DNA of 64,000 nucleotides from an uncultured Gemmatimonadales bacterium (GCA_963795085.1 CAWCFX010000001.1:576001-640000); one strand, 5' to 3'. Positions 1 through 10,835 are shown, counted from the stretch's first letter. Translations and numbers: made by a program. Notes: generated by a model from the sequence alone, not told the origin.

Positions 1-7
1 CCGCGGG

Positions 8-664
8 GTGGCGCTCCCACCGGTCGTGGAGTACGGCCAGGGCACCGGCTGGATTTCCCCTCGCGATACCGACGCGGGCGGCACCTGGGTCGGGGTGAAC
101 ACCCACGGGGTGACCGTGGGCATCGCCAACCTCGTGCGCGATGCGGCCCCGGTGCCGGCCGGGCGCAAGGTGAGCCGGGGTCTCCTGGTCCGGGAACTCC
201 TGCAGGCGCCGGCCGCGCGCCAGGTCGAGCAGCGGGTCCGCGCGACCAGCCTGGACAGCTTCGAACCCTTTACGCTGGTCTCCCTCGAAACTGGCCAGCC
301 TCCCGTCATTCTCCGCTGGGACCGGTCCACCCTTGCCGCCGTGCCGCCGCTGGCCAAAACGCTGCTGGTGACCAGTGCCGGAGGCAACGTTGCAATCGAG
401 CGGGGCAGGGTGGCGCTGTTCGAATCCCTGGGACCAGCGGACCGCGACCCCGACCGGATCGAAGCACTGTACCGGGCGCCGCCGGATGGCAGCAACGAGG
501 CCATCTGCGTCCACCGCGCCGAGGTCTCGACGGTCAGCCTGGTCCGAATCGAAGTGACACCACCCCGCGTCTTTCTTGCCTACACACCGGGGCAACCCTG
601 CCTCACCCGGCCGGGCCCATCCATCATGCTGGATCGCAACCATGTCCCGATCACTGCTTCCTGA
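8..664 (+). CDS. NRDE/TANGO2-family protein (probably 5'-truncated by window edge)
   Basis: PRDTDAGGTWVGVN, SRGLLV, PFTL, C-terminal ICVH..STVS motifs. Confidence 0.75.
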   Translation: MALPPVVEYGQGTGWISPRDTDAGGTWVGVNTHGVTVGIANLVRDAAPVPAGRKVSRGLLVRELLQAPAARQVEQRVRATSLDSFEPFTLVSLETGQPPVILRWDRSTLAAVPPLAKTLLVTSAGGNVAIERGRVALFESLGPADRDPDRIEALYRAPPDGSNEAICVHRAEVSTVSLVRIEVTPPRVFLAYTPGQPCLTRPGPSIMLDRNHVPITAS

Positions 665-1307
665 ACCGGTCGAACGCTACCTGGCCGCCTTTGCCGGCGA
701 GACCGCTGTCCAGCGGCGGCTGCGCGAGGCCACCGCGAAGCTGCCCGATGCGGGCATGCAGATCGGGGCGGACCAGGGCGCATTCATGGCCCAACTGGTC
801 CGGCTGACCGGCGCCCGCCGCTGCCTCGAGGTGGGTACCTTCACCGGCTACAGCGCCCTCGCGGTCGCCGGTGCCTTGCCGGATGATGGACGGCTGGTGA
901 CCTGCGATATCAGCGAAGAGTGGACGGCCCTGGCCCGTCGTTACTGGACCGAAGCCGGCGTGGCGGAGAAGATCGACCTGAGGCTGGGCCCCGCCACCGA
1001 GACGCTGGACCAGTTGGCCCGGGACCCGGGTGAAGAGAGCTTCGATTTCGCCTTCATCGATGCTGATAAGCCGGCCTACCATGCGTATTACGAGAGGTGC
1101 CTCCGGCTGGTGCGTCCCAACGGACTCATCCTGCTGGACAACATGCTCTGGGGCGGCAAGGTGGTGGACGAGAACGAGCAGGACCCCGATACCGCCGCGA
1201 TCCGGGCCCTCAACGCGCTGATCCGGGACGATCGCCGGGTCGAGGCCACCCTGCTCTCCGTGGGCGACGGCGTGGTGATCGCCCGGAAGCGTCCCCCGAA
1301 GGCCTGA
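642..1307 (+). CDS. Class I SAM-dependent O-methyltransferase (caffeoyl-CoA OMT-like)
   Basis: LEVGTFTGYS, FDFAFIDADK, DNMLW motifs; ATG at 642. Confidence 0.9.
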   Translation: MSRSLLPEPVERYLAAFAGETAVQRRLREATAKLPDAGMQIGADQGAFMAQLVRLTGARRCLEVGTFTGYSALAVAGALPDDGRLVTCDISEEWTALARRYWTEAGVAEKIDLRLGPATETLDQLARDPGEESFDFAFIDADKPAYHAYYERCLRLVRPNGLILLDNMLWGGKVVDENEQDPDTAAIRALNALIRDDRRVEATLLSVGDGVVIARKRPPKA

Positions 1308-1314
1308 CCGCGTT

Positions 1315-2079
1315 TTACGGAGCGGCCGAGCCCTGGAGCGTCAGGGCAGCTCCCGACAGAAGATCGTATACCACGTATCCGCCGTACGCCGCCACCAGCG
1401 CCAGCACTCCGGCCACCACCATGCGCCGGGGGATCCGCACCGGCAGGTTCCGGGCGGTCAGCAGCGAGACCACCAGCAGGCCGATGACCGTGGGCCAGAG
1501 CCACTTGGCCTTGCGGGGCAGCTCATCGTTCAGGTGTACGATCGACACCACCGTGAGCACGTAGAAGTAGGACGCGAGGATGTACCGCTGGTGCCGCCGG
1601 TACAGCAGCGGCCGGTCGGTGAGCCCGGTCTTCAGTTCCCGGAACTCCAGCACCACCATCCAGATTCCTACCAGGGTGAACACCCGCATCGGCGTGTCCT
1701 TCCACACCGCCACCGAGAACAGTGCTACCACGCTCAGAAGCAGCAGCCAGGCCAGGGCCCGGTCCACCGGCCCGGCGGCGGGGTCTTCCGCGCAGAAGAG
1801 CCGGATGGCGCGGTAGCCGTACAGCACCATCGAGAACCCGAAGAAATTGAAGGTGACATTGCGGGCAAAGCTCCAGGTGCCCCATGCATGCTGGGTCAGG
1901 GTCAGCCAGGTGCCGGTGAGATACAGGAAAACGATCAGGTAGAGATAGGCCTTGCCCCACCGGCGGTGCACCGGCGCATCCGCAAATGCGAGGAGGGCCA
2001 GCGGTGCGACCACAAAGGCCGTGGGATAGCCCACTATCCGGTGGACCAGGACGAGCAGCGCGGTGGGTGAGTCACCCAT
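1315..2079 (-). CDS. Multi-pass membrane protein of unknown function
   Basis: Several hydrophobic segments, HRRWGKAY; start coupled (TGATG) to sulfatase stop. Confidence 0.65.
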   Translation of the reverse strand: MGDSPTALLVLVHRIVGYPTAFVVAPLALLAFADAPVHRRWGKAYLYLIVFLYLTGTWLTLTQHAWGTWSFARNVTFNFFGFSMVLYGYRAIRLFCAEDPAAGPVDRALAWLLLLSVVALFSVAVWKDTPMRVFTLVGIWMVVLEFRELKTGLTDRPLLYRRHQRYILASYFYVLTVVSIVHLNDELPRKAKWLWPTVIGLLVVSLLTARNLPVRIPRRMVVAGVLALVAAYGGYVVYDLLSGAALTLQGSAAP

Positions 2080-3449
2080 CAGGCCCGGACCGGCCGGGCC
2101 GACCACAGGTTCCATATCCACCGGAGGCGCTGGCGCAGCAGCCGCCGGTGAATGCGGCATCGCCGGAGCCGGCCCAGGGCCGCCACCGGGTCGACCGTCT
2201 GTCCGGTCTCCCGAAGCCGCTGGGCCAGCCAGCCTTCGAATTCCCCGCGCAACTCCGCTCGGAGGTGAGGCTGCGACTCGGCCAGGTTGACGGACTCCTC
2301 CGGGTCGGCCGCGAGGTCGTACACCTCCTCCGGCGGCTTGCCGTAGAGGTCCGGTTCCCGCGCAACGATCAGTTTATGGTGTTCCTTCCGCCACGCCCAT
2401 TTGAACATCCAGGTGCCCTCGCAGGCGACGGCATGGGCGACATCGCGCCACCCGTCCCGCCCGGTGAAGAGCGGCGCCAGCGGCCGGCCTTCCATCCCGT
2501 CCGGGCGAGTCATGGCCAGCAGGTCCAGGATGGTCGCGGGGATGTCCGGCGTCTGGGTTATTGCGTCCACCACGCCGGTGCCGTCGGTCACGCCGGGCCA
2601 GTGGATGATGAGGGGCGGGCGCATGGTGCAATCGTACAGCCCATGGTGGTCGAACAGGATGCCGTGCTCGCCGAGGGACTCGCCGTGATCGCCCAGGACG
2701 ATGAGCGCGGTATTGTCGCGAAGGCCCAGCCTCCCCAGCAGGTGGACCAGTTCCCGGACGCCATCGTCGGCGGCCCGCACCGATGCGTCGTACTGGGAGC
2801 GGCACCACGTCTCGTCGGCAATGCCGTCCCCCGCCGGGCTGGGCCACTCCCCGGGATTGCACTGGGTCAGCATGTAGTGGCGGAACGAACCGGCGAACAG
2901 GTCGCGCAGGCTCCGGCGGGCGGCGGGCGGCGGGTCAGGGTGAAAGAGATGCCGGTAGCGGGGCGGCGGCGCGTACGGGGTATGGGGATCTCCATACCGC
3001 ATGTAGAGGAAAAAGGGCCCGTTGCGCCGGGCGGTAAGCCAGGGGGTGACGCCCCGGTTGAACTCGAACGCCGACAGATACTCGTTGCCCTGCACCCGCA
3101 GGTTGAGATAGGCATCGAAGTCCTGCGCGAACCAGGCCTTCCGGGTTGCCAGGTTATCCACCGCACAGGTCGCGTAGCCGCGGGACCGGAGCAGCGCGGG
3201 CAGCCAGGGTGTCCCCGGCCGCAGGTCGGCGCCGCCCTTGCGCATCAGGATGCCGTGGGAGATCGGAGACATGCCCGTCAGCAGGCTGGTGCACGCCGGC
3301 AGGGTCGGGGTGCCCACCGTGAAAAAATTCCTGAACCAGGCCGCCCGGCGGCCGAGCCGGTCCAGGAACGGGGTGGTCTCCCGCGGATAGCCATAGAGCG
3401 AGAGGCGGTCGGCACGCAGGCTGTCGATAACGAGCAGGACCACGTTCAT
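2079..3449 (-). CDS. Sulfatase-family protein
   Basis: NVVLLVIDSLRAD, TPFLD, DPHTPY, GDHGE..EHG..DHH motifs. Confidence 0.88.
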   Translation of the reverse strand: MNVVLLVIDSLRADRLSLYGYPRETTPFLDRLGRRAAWFRNFFTVGTPTLPACTSLLTGMSPISHGILMRKGGADLRPGTPWLPALLRSRGYATCAVDNLATRKAWFAQDFDAYLNLRVQGNEYLSAFEFNRGVTPWLTARRNGPFFLYMRYGDPHTPYAPPPRYRHLFHPDPPPAARRSLRDLFAGSFRHYMLTQCNPGEWPSPAGDGIADETWCRSQYDASVRAADDGVRELVHLLGRLGLRDNTALIVLGDHGESLGEHGILFDHHGLYDCTMRPPLIIHWPGVTDGTGVVDAITQTPDIPATILDLLAMTRPDGMEGRPLAPLFTGRDGWRDVAHAVACEGTWMFKWAWRKEHHKLIVAREPDLYGKPPEEVYDLAADPEESVNLAESQPHLRAELRGEFEGWLAQRLRETGQTVDPVAALGRLRRCRIHRRLLRQRLRWIWNLWSARPVRA

Positions 3450-3557
3450 GAGCGGACGTCCCCCCTCGGGCGTTCGTCAGGAGCGGTGTGCGGTTCCGCC
3501 AAGATGCAGCCCCGCCCGGCGATTGGCTAGACCCGCCTGATCACGGTAACTTGTGGC

Positions 3558-4889
3558 ATGCGACTCTTCCCATCGACCTGGACCGCACCGGCGAGCGTCA
3601 TGAGCGCCCTCGCGCTCGCGGCGTGCACCTCCCCCGGCGGCGCCCCCGCGCCCGCGCTGGCCCAAGCCGGCGGCAGTGGCTGCTGTGATGCCGCTACGCT
3701 GGTCGCCGGCCTGTCCATTGCCGACCGCTACCGGGTGGCGGCCATTCAGAAACGGCGCTTCACCCATGCCGAGCTGTGGCGGGCGCTGGCGCCCTACACC
3801 GCCAGTGAAGCGCTCAGCGTCCGGCAGGTCGGCACCTCAATTCACGGCAGGGAGATTCGTGCCGTCACCTTCGGCCGGGGCACCACCCGGGTGCTGCTCT
3901 GGTCGCAGATGCACGGCGATGAATCCACCGCCACCATGGCGCTGGCCGACATCCTGCGGTTCCTGGCCGAAGGCAGCCAGGACCCGCTCCACGCCCGGCT
4001 GGCGGAGCGGCTGACCATCACCTTCGTCCCCATGCTCAATCCGGACGGGGCGGAACTGTTCCAGCGGGAGAACGCCGCCGGGGTTGACATCAACCGGGAT
4101 GGCCGGCGGCTGGTCACCCCGGAAGGCCGCGCCCTCAAGGCCCTGCGTGACTCGCTGGCGCCCCAGTTCGGCTTCAACCTCCACGACCAGGGCGTGCGCC
4201 TCCGGGTCGGGGAGACCGGGGCCCCGGCCGCGATCGCCCTGCTGGCCCCGGCCCACGACGAAGGCCGCACCTACAACGACGTGCGCTCCCGGGCCCGGCT
4301 GGTCGCCGCGGTGATTGCCCATACCCTGGCAGGCGATATCGCCGGCCGGGTGGCCCGCTACGACGACGCCTTCAACCCCCGCGCCTTCGGCGACCTGATG
4401 CAGCAGTGGGGCACCAGCACCGTGCTCATCGAGAGCGGCGGGCTTCCTTCCGATCCCGAGAAGCAGCGGCTGCGGGGCCTCAACGTGGCCGCGATCCTCG
4501 CCGCGCTCGATGCCATTGCCACCGGCGGCTACGCCGCCGCGAACCCCGCCTGGTATGATGGCCTGCCTTTCAACACCAGCGGCGCCGCCGACCTTCTCGT
4601 CCGGGGGGCCCGGCTGGTTCTCCCCGGCCAGGCTCCCCTCGCGGTGGATATCGCCATCAACTATGACGACCCGCTCCACCGGAGCGGAGCCCGGGTCCGC
4701 GAAGTGGGCGACCTCCAGGCGGTGATCGCCCTGGATACCCTCGAGGCGGCGGGGATGTACCTCCACCCGTCAGCCTCCGCCCTGACCACCAGCGCCGGCC
4801 GGCCCTGGCTGCGCATCGGCGCCAACGCCGCGTTCGACCTTCGCCGCGGGGCGGCGGCCGCCAGCGAGCTGGTTCGCCGGATCCAGTAG
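3558..4889 (+). CDS. M14 zinc carboxypeptidase-family lipoprotein
   Basis: QMHGDE, NPDG, R-N..DINRD, NLHDQ motifs; LAAC lipobox. Confidence 0.85.
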   Translation: MRLFPSTWTAPASVMSALALAACTSPGGAPAPALAQAGGSGCCDAATLVAGLSIADRYRVAAIQKRRFTHAELWRALAPYTASEALSVRQVGTSIHGREIRAVTFGRGTTRVLLWSQMHGDESTATMALADILRFLAEGSQDPLHARLAERLTITFVPMLNPDGAELFQRENAAGVDINRDGRRLVTPEGRALKALRDSLAPQFGFNLHDQGVRLRVGETGAPAAIALLAPAHDEGRTYNDVRSRARLVAAVIAHTLAGDIAGRVARYDDAFNPRAFGDLMQQWGTSTVLIESGGLPSDPEKQRLRGLNVAAILAALDAIATGGYAAANPAWYDGLPFNTSGAADLLVRGARLVLPGQAPLAVDIAINYDDPLHRSGARVREVGDLQAVIALDTLEAAGMYLHPSASALTTSAGRPWLRIGANAAFDLRRGAAAASELVRRIQ

Positions 4890-4894
4890 CGCCG

Positions 4895-6145
4895 TTGCTC
4901 CTCGTCCTGTTCCTCGTCGCGTTCGTGGACATGATCGGCCTCACGATGATCGTGCCGATCCTGCCGTTCTTTGCGCAGGACGTGGGAGCCAGCGCCACGA
5001 CCGTGGGTATCCTCATCTCCGCGTTTTCCCTGGCCCAGCTGCTGGTGGCACCGGTCTGGGGCAGCCTGTCCGACCGCTATGGCCGGCGGCCCGCGATCCT
5101 CGCCGGCCTGCTGGTGACCGCCGTGGCCTATGTGATCTTCGGGTTTGCCACCTCGGTGGGCCTGCTCCTGGTCTCCCGCGTCATCCAGGGCCTGGGCGGC
5201 GGCACCATCGGTGTCGTCCAGGCCTACGTCGCCGATGTGGCTCCCCCCGAGCAGCGGACCCGCAGTCTCGGCTGGCTCTCCGCCGTCACCAGTCTCGGCG
5301 CCGTCGCCGGACCGGCGTTCGGATCGGCCCTGACCAGCGCCGGCGGCCAGCGGGCACCCGGCCTGGGCGCGGCGGCGCTCTCTCTCCTGGTCGGGGCCTT
5401 CGCGCTTCGCTTTTTGAAGGAATCCCGGGATCTGCGTCCGTCCGGCAGCCACGCCAGGGCCCCCACCACCACCAGCCGTGCCGCGATCGCGGAAGTGCTC
5501 CTGCGGTGGAACCTTCCGGCGCCCCGGCTGATCTGGATCTACACCATCGCCATCGGCGCCTTCTACGGCACCATCCAGATCGTGCCCCTCCTGCTGTCGC
5601 AGCGGTTCCAGGTGACCGAGCACAACGTGGGCTACTTCGTCATGTTCCTCGGCGGCATGGGCGTCCTGGTGCGGTCGCTGGTGCTGGGGCCCGCGGTGGA
5701 CCGGCTGGGCGAAGCGCGGCTCTCCCGGCTGGGCCTGGTCCTGCTGGCCGCCGGTCTCGCGCTGACCGGCCTGGCCCGGAGCTGGGCCATGCTCGGACTC
5801 GGGTTTGTGCTCATGCCGATCGGGACCGCGTTCGTCTTTCCCTGCGTCACCGGCCTGCTCTCGCGGGTGGTGCCGAACTCCGACCGGGGTCTCTACATGG
5901 GAGTCCAGCATTCGTTCGGCGGCGTCTCCCGGGTCGTCTTTCCCATTGCCGCCGGCATCCTGATCGACCACTACGGAGCCGGCGTTCCGTTCTGGATTGC
6001 CGCGATCCTCGTGCTCCTGACCCTGCCGCTCACCGCCGCGATGGACACCTGGCTTGCGCCGGCTCCGGCGTCCCCCGCCGTGGCGCAGGTCCAGGAAATC
6101 GCCGCCGCCGACATTACCGCCGAGATGCCGACCGCTCCACGGTGA
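4895..6145 (+). CDS. MFS transporter (TetA/DHA1-like)
   Basis: GSLSDRYGRRP motif A, ~12 TM segments; start uncertain. Confidence 0.88.
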   Translation: MLLVLFLVAFVDMIGLTMIVPILPFFAQDVGASATTVGILISAFSLAQLLVAPVWGSLSDRYGRRPAILAGLLVTAVAYVIFGFATSVGLLLVSRVIQGLGGGTIGVVQAYVADVAPPEQRTRSLGWLSAVTSLGAVAGPAFGSALTSAGGQRAPGLGAAALSLLVGAFALRFLKESRDLRPSGSHARAPTTTSRAAIAEVLLRWNLPAPRLIWIYTIAIGAFYGTIQIVPLLLSQRFQVTEHNVGYFVMFLGGMGVLVRSLVLGPAVDRLGEARLSRLGLVLLAAGLALTGLARSWAMLGLGFVLMPIGTAFVFPCVTGLLSRVVPNSDRGLYMGVQHSFGGVSRVVFPIAAGILIDHYGAGVPFWIAAILVLLTLPLTAAMDTWLAPAPASPAVAQVQEIAAADITAEMPTAPR

Positions 6146-6156
6146 AAGGATCGCCT

Positions 6157-6792
6157 GTGATTGTGAAGGCCATATTGTTCGACCTGGACAGCGTCCTGGT
6201 TGACTCGCGCCGCTGCGTGGAACTGGTCTGGCAGGAGTGGGGCCGGATCCGGGGGCGCGATCCCGCGCCGTTTATCGCGCTGGCCCATGGGCGGCGCACC
6301 TCGGAGACCATCGCCATGGTGGCGCCGGAGCTCGATGCCCGTGCCGAGGCGGCGGTGCTGGACCGCATGGAAGAGGAATGCACCGAGGGCCTGGTGCCGG
6401 TGCCGGGCGCCATCAACCTGGTTCGCTCGATTCCGCTGGGCCGCTGGGGCGTCGTCACCTCGGGCCACCGCCCGGTGGCCACCCTCCGGCTGACCTCCGT
6501 CGGCATTCCCGTCCCGCCCGTCCTGGTGACCGGCGACCAGGTCAGCCACGGCAAGCCGCACCCGGAGCCCTACCTGGCGGGTCTGCGCGGCATCGCCGTC
6601 GCGGCCGACGAGTGCCTGGTGTTCGAGGACGCCCCGCCCGGCATCCGGTCCGCCCGGGCGGCCGGCATTCGCGTCGTGGCGGTCCGCACCACTCACCCGG
6701 CCGAGGCGCTGAGTGAAGCCGATGCCATCATCCCGGATCTTTCATCCGTCCGTATCAACGTGGTGCGTGAAGGCCTGGAAGTCCTGACATGA
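6157..6792 (+). CDS. HAD-IA family hydrolase (sugar-phosphatase-like)
   Basis: FDLDSVLVDS, VTSG, GKPHPEPY, VFEDAPPG; AAGGA RBS before GTG 6157. Confidence 0.88.
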   Translation: MIVKAILFDLDSVLVDSRRCVELVWQEWGRIRGRDPAPFIALAHGRRTSETIAMVAPELDARAEAAVLDRMEEECTEGLVPVPGAINLVRSIPLGRWGVVTSGHRPVATLRLTSVGIPVPPVLVTGDQVSHGKPHPEPYLAGLRGIAVAADECLVFEDAPPGIRSARAAGIRVVAVRTTHPAEALSEADAIIPDLSSVRINVVREGLEVLT

Positions 6793-7038
6793 TACAGTAG
6801 AGAATCTCGACAGCCGCGGCCTGCCCGCGGGTGCAACTTTCTTCCCGCCGCGCCAGCCCGCGGGCAAAGCGCGGCGGCCGCCGCTGAACCGCATCGTGGC
6901 ACTCGAGGGCAACACCTTTCCCGCCAAGGCGTAGCGGGAAGCAGCGCCGCCGGGCACACAACCTGCCGCACCATACTTCGGCGAATCCGCGCAGATCTCG
7001 GCACTCGCCGCTCTTCCCCGCTCATCAATGGAGACCTC

Positions 7039-7614
7039 ATGCGCCGCATCCCGGCGGGCCCGCTCCTGGGCCTGGTCCTGATCACGCTGGCCGGGTTCCC
7101 GGCCGGCGCCCAGCAGTTGAGCCAGCGCGGGGGCCTCTGGGCCGGCGCCGGCCTGGCCAGCGCGCTCTCCGATGTTTCGTGCAACGCCTGCGTCGAGGAC
7201 AGCAAGAGCGTGATCTCGGCGTATCTGCGCGCCGGCGTTACCCTGTCGCCCCGGCTGCTGCTGGGCGCCGAACTGGTCGGGACCGACAACAGTGAAGACG
7301 GCGTCAACGAGCGGGTGCTGGGGCTCGGGGCCGCAGGCTATTTCTACCCGACCGGCGGCGGCCTGTTCTTCAAGGGCGGCGCCGGCGTGCTCAAGTTCCG
7401 GGCCGATGACGATACCGATGCCCTCACTGCCACCCTCCTGGCTATCCAGGTGGGCACCGGGTACGAGGTGCGCCTGTCGCACCGGCTCTCGCTGGCGGCG
7501 TTCACCACCCTCATCGCCTCCGCCAACGGGGACCTGGACTACAACGGCAGCCGCGTCACCGACGACTTCAACCTCACGCTGATCCAGTTCGGGCTCGGCG
7601 TCACCTTCCACTAG
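7039..7614 (+). CDS. Outer-membrane beta-barrel protein
   Basis: Signal peptide, amphipathic beta strands, C-terminal GLGVTFH. Confidence 0.7.
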   Translation: MRRIPAGPLLGLVLITLAGFPAGAQQLSQRGGLWAGAGLASALSDVSCNACVEDSKSVISAYLRAGVTLSPRLLLGAELVGTDNSEDGVNERVLGLGAAGYFYPTGGGLFFKGGAGVLKFRADDDTDALTATLLAIQVGTGYEVRLSHRLSLAAFTTLIASANGDLDYNGSRVTDDFNLTLIQFGLGVTFH

Positions 7615-7630
7615 TCCGCGGGAGACCCGT

Positions 7631-8893
7631 ATGACTCGCACCATGGACCGTGCCAGCCGCCCCGGCCTGCTGTTCGCCGCCGGCCTGGCGATCATCGTCG
7701 CGTGCGCCGGCGAGGGCGGACTGGGGCCCGCCGGCGTCAACGGGCCCAGCAAGGCGCTCGGCGTCTGGACGCCGGGTGCGGGGGACACCTGCACCCCGGC
7801 CGTGCACGACCGCTATGTCGCGGTCGGACCGGACGGCAAGCTGTACCCCACCTGGCACCCGCCGGTGGACCCGGCGTCGGGCTGTACCTTCGGACATGAA
7901 CACGGGCGCGATCCCCGCGGCTCCGACCTGTACGGCCAGGTCGGACCGATGCCGTTCGGGTATGCCAATGAAGTGCTGGACGTCTGGGACCCCGGCGGCA
8001 TGCGCCACGAAGACCACGTGGGCCACAAGATCGAATGGGAGAACGACGTGGAGTTCCGGCTGGAGGACGGCCTGCCCTCACGGTTCCTGCGGATCAGCTG
8101 CGACGTCCTGACCAAGCTGCACCAGGGCACCCACTCCAGGGACGCGTTCACCAACAACCTGCACGAGCTGGTCTTTCACATCCGGTGCAGCGACCGCACC
8201 GAGCTGCACCTGACCGTGATGACGGCCATCGGCACGCCCGGCGAGTTTGCCCTCTCCTGCGATCATGACACCCGGGTCGCGGTAGGCCCCGCGACCCCGG
8301 CCAACTCCCCCAGCGGCGGCGGCCGGCGGATCCTGCCCGACCGGAGCTGCATTGACCAGTTCATCCTGCGGCCTCCCGGCGTCACCTCCGATTTCAACGC
8401 GGGGGTCCGGGAAAGCTGGCAGGTATCGGCCGGGATCAAGACCGCGAGCGGCGATCATATCGCCTCCATCGGCCCCTATTACCAGGTGCTGTTCCCCAGC
8501 CGCTTCTACGATGCCTCGCTTCCCAACGGGGTGGGCCGGGTCATCGATGTCTGCTACGAGACCGAGACCAACGGCGACGTGGCCCAGGGCGGCGCCTGCG
8601 ACCAGTCCACCGGCAACGGCCAGCTGCAGGGCCTGGCGTTCGACGATCCCCGGGTCGTCTTCAACGGGGCCCGGCGGTTCGTGGACGTCAACAGCATCCG
8701 CCTGGACAACGCCAACGGCAAGGAGGAGTGGTATACGGATCCGTTCGGGCGGAACGGCCGGACCACGGCCTTCCCGGGTTCCATCCGCCAGTTCGTGGCC
8801 GGCGTGAACAATGACCATGGGTTCGATGTGCACGGCCCCGCCATCGGCCAGGCCCGGAACTACGGCGGCAACGGGGTGCACGCCCCCAACTGA
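7631..8893 (+). CDS. Hypothetical His/Cys-rich lipoprotein
   Basis: IVAC lipobox, GGAG RBS; HEHG, HEDHVGH, HQGTH clusters. Confidence 0.65.
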   Translation: MTRTMDRASRPGLLFAAGLAIIVACAGEGGLGPAGVNGPSKALGVWTPGAGDTCTPAVHDRYVAVGPDGKLYPTWHPPVDPASGCTFGHEHGRDPRGSDLYGQVGPMPFGYANEVLDVWDPGGMRHEDHVGHKIEWENDVEFRLEDGLPSRFLRISCDVLTKLHQGTHSRDAFTNNLHELVFHIRCSDRTELHLTVMTAIGTPGEFALSCDHDTRVAVGPATPANSPSGGGRRILPDRSCIDQFILRPPGVTSDFNAGVRESWQVSAGIKTASGDHIASIGPYYQVLFPSRFYDASLPNGVGRVIDVCYETETNGDVAQGGACDQSTGNGQLQGLAFDDPRVVFNGARRFVDVNSIRLDNANGKEEWYTDPFGRNGRTTAFPGSIRQFVAGVNNDHGFDVHGPAIGQARNYGGNGVHAPN

Positions 8894-9008
8894 CGGCGGG
8901 GCCGCGTGGCCGGCGGCGGACCGGGGTCATGATTGAGGGATCGGGCGTCCGGGGGTAGCTTTCACCCCGTTCGCCCGGTCCCTCTTTCCAGATGAGTTCC
9001 CAGGTTTC

Positions 9009-10751
9009 ATGCGCCCGGTGTTGCTGCTGACGTCCCTGTTCGGCTGGGCCCTGCTCTCCCCGGTTGCCGCGCAGGAGAACCCCCGACCCATCCCGCCGGA
9101 AATCCGGCGGATCACCACCGCGATGCGGGCGGGAATTTCCGGCGAGCGCGCCCTGGAGACGGTCGCCTTCGTGGAGCGGCACTGGCGGCTGCCGGGGAAC
9201 ACCGGGTTCAACGCCAGCATCCAGCAGGTGGCCGGGATCCTCGAGCGGGCCGGGTACGTCGCCGAGGAGCGGGCCCGCCCGGGGGAGCGGCTGGTGTACC
9301 GGGTCGAACGGCGGCCCATGGACCGGCTCACCTGGGAGCCCCAGGATGGCTCGCTCGCGATTGCCGGCCAGGCGGCGCCGCTGCTCCGGTTCGCCACGAA
9401 CCGCAACATGCTGGCGATCAACTCGCATTCGACTCCCGCCGGCGGCGTGGAGGCGGAGGTCGTGAACGTCGGCACGGGGCGGCCGGAGGATTGGCAGGGG
9501 AAGGAAGTCCGCGGGAAGATCGTCTATGGCGAGACCTCGGTCGGCCGGCTCTACCGCGAGGCGGTGCTCAACCGGGGGGCCGCCGGGGTGCTGGTCTATG
9601 CCATTCCCGGCTACAACAAGCCGGAACGGAACCGGACCGCGATTCCCTTCGCCACCATTCCGCAGGATACCGCCCGGGCCGGATGGGCGGTCATGCTCTC
9701 CTTCGCCGCGCGGGAATCGCTCCGCCGGGCGCTCGCCCAGGGCCCGGTGACCGTCCGGGTGGAATCAAAGACCCGGCTCTACCGGGCCGATGAGCTGACC
9801 CTGGTGGCCAACGTGCGGGGCAGCGCCGCGCCCAACGAACGCTTCGTCTTCAGCGCCCACCTGCAGGAGCCCGGCGCCAACGACAACGCGACCGGGGTCG
9901 CGACCCTGGCCGAAATCGCCCGGACCTACGCTGAACTGGCCCGAACCGGGGAAGTGGTGCCCCGCCGCACCATCACCTTCATCTGGGGCGACGAGATCCG
10001 GGCCACCGCGCGCTACCTGCAGGAGAACCCTGCCAGATTGGAAGGGGTTCGCTGGGGAATGTCCCTGGACATGGTGGGCGAGAACACCCAGGTTACCGGC
10101 GGCACTTTCCTGATCGAGAAGATGCCCGATCCCTCCGCCGTCTGGACCCGGGGCGAGGATCGGCACACCGAGTGGGGCGGCCAGCCGCTCAAGCCCGACC
10201 AGCTGACGCCGCACTATTTCAACGATTTCGTGCTCAACCGGGCTCTCGACCAGGCGGCCGCCACCGGGTGGGTGGTGCGCACCAACCCGTTTGAAGGGGG
10301 CAGCGACCACACCCCCTTCCTCGACGCGAAGAAGCCCGGCCTCCTGCTCTGGCATTTTACCGACCAGTTCTACCACACCGATGCCGACCGGCTGGATAAG
10401 GTCTCCGCCGAAACCATGGCCAATGTCGGCATCACCGCCGGGGTGGTGGCCGGCGTCCTCGCCTCGGCGGACAGCACCGTGGCGGGATTCATCCTGGGAG
10501 AGACGGAACGGGCGGCGCTGGAGCGCCTGGCTCGCGAGTTCGAGTTGAGCCGGAAGGATATTGCCGGCGGCGGTCGGCTGGACCAGGAGGTCCTCATCCT
10601 GACCACCTGGACGGAATGGTATGTCAACGCGATCCGCGCCGTCAGTGACCTGGAAGCCGGCGGTCCCTCGGCCGGGACGGTGGCGGCCATCGACGCGGCG
10701 GCCGCCGCGGTCCAGCACGCGGGCCTCAACTACGTGGCCCGCCTCCGCTGA
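9009..10751 (+). CDS. M28-family peptidase with PA domain
   Basis: SAHL, GANDNATG, GDE, SLDMVG, GSDH, YHT motifs; signal peptide. Confidence 0.85.
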   Translation: MRPVLLLTSLFGWALLSPVAAQENPRPIPPEIRRITTAMRAGISGERALETVAFVERHWRLPGNTGFNASIQQVAGILERAGYVAEERARPGERLVYRVERRPMDRLTWEPQDGSLAIAGQAAPLLRFATNRNMLAINSHSTPAGGVEAEVVNVGTGRPEDWQGKEVRGKIVYGETSVGRLYREAVLNRGAAGVLVYAIPGYNKPERNRTAIPFATIPQDTARAGWAVMLSFAARESLRRALAQGPVTVRVESKTRLYRADELTLVANVRGSAAPNERFVFSAHLQEPGANDNATGVATLAEIARTYAELARTGEVVPRRTITFIWGDEIRATARYLQENPARLEGVRWGMSLDMVGENTQVTGGTFLIEKMPDPSAVWTRGEDRHTEWGGQPLKPDQLTPHYFNDFVLNRALDQAAATGWVVRTNPFEGGSDHTPFLDAKKPGLLLWHFTDQFYHTDADRLDKVSAETMANVGITAGVVAGVLASADSTVAGFILGETERAALERLAREFELSRKDIAGGGRLDQEVLILTTWTEWYVNAIRAVSDLEAGGPSAGTVAAIDAAAAAVQHAGLNYVARLR

Positions 10752-10835
10752 TTCACCGATTGACACTGGGACCGGGCGGTCCTGATTTCGCTCACGCTCC
10801 CGAGCACGTCCCGACGCTAGCAAAGGAGAAGTCAT

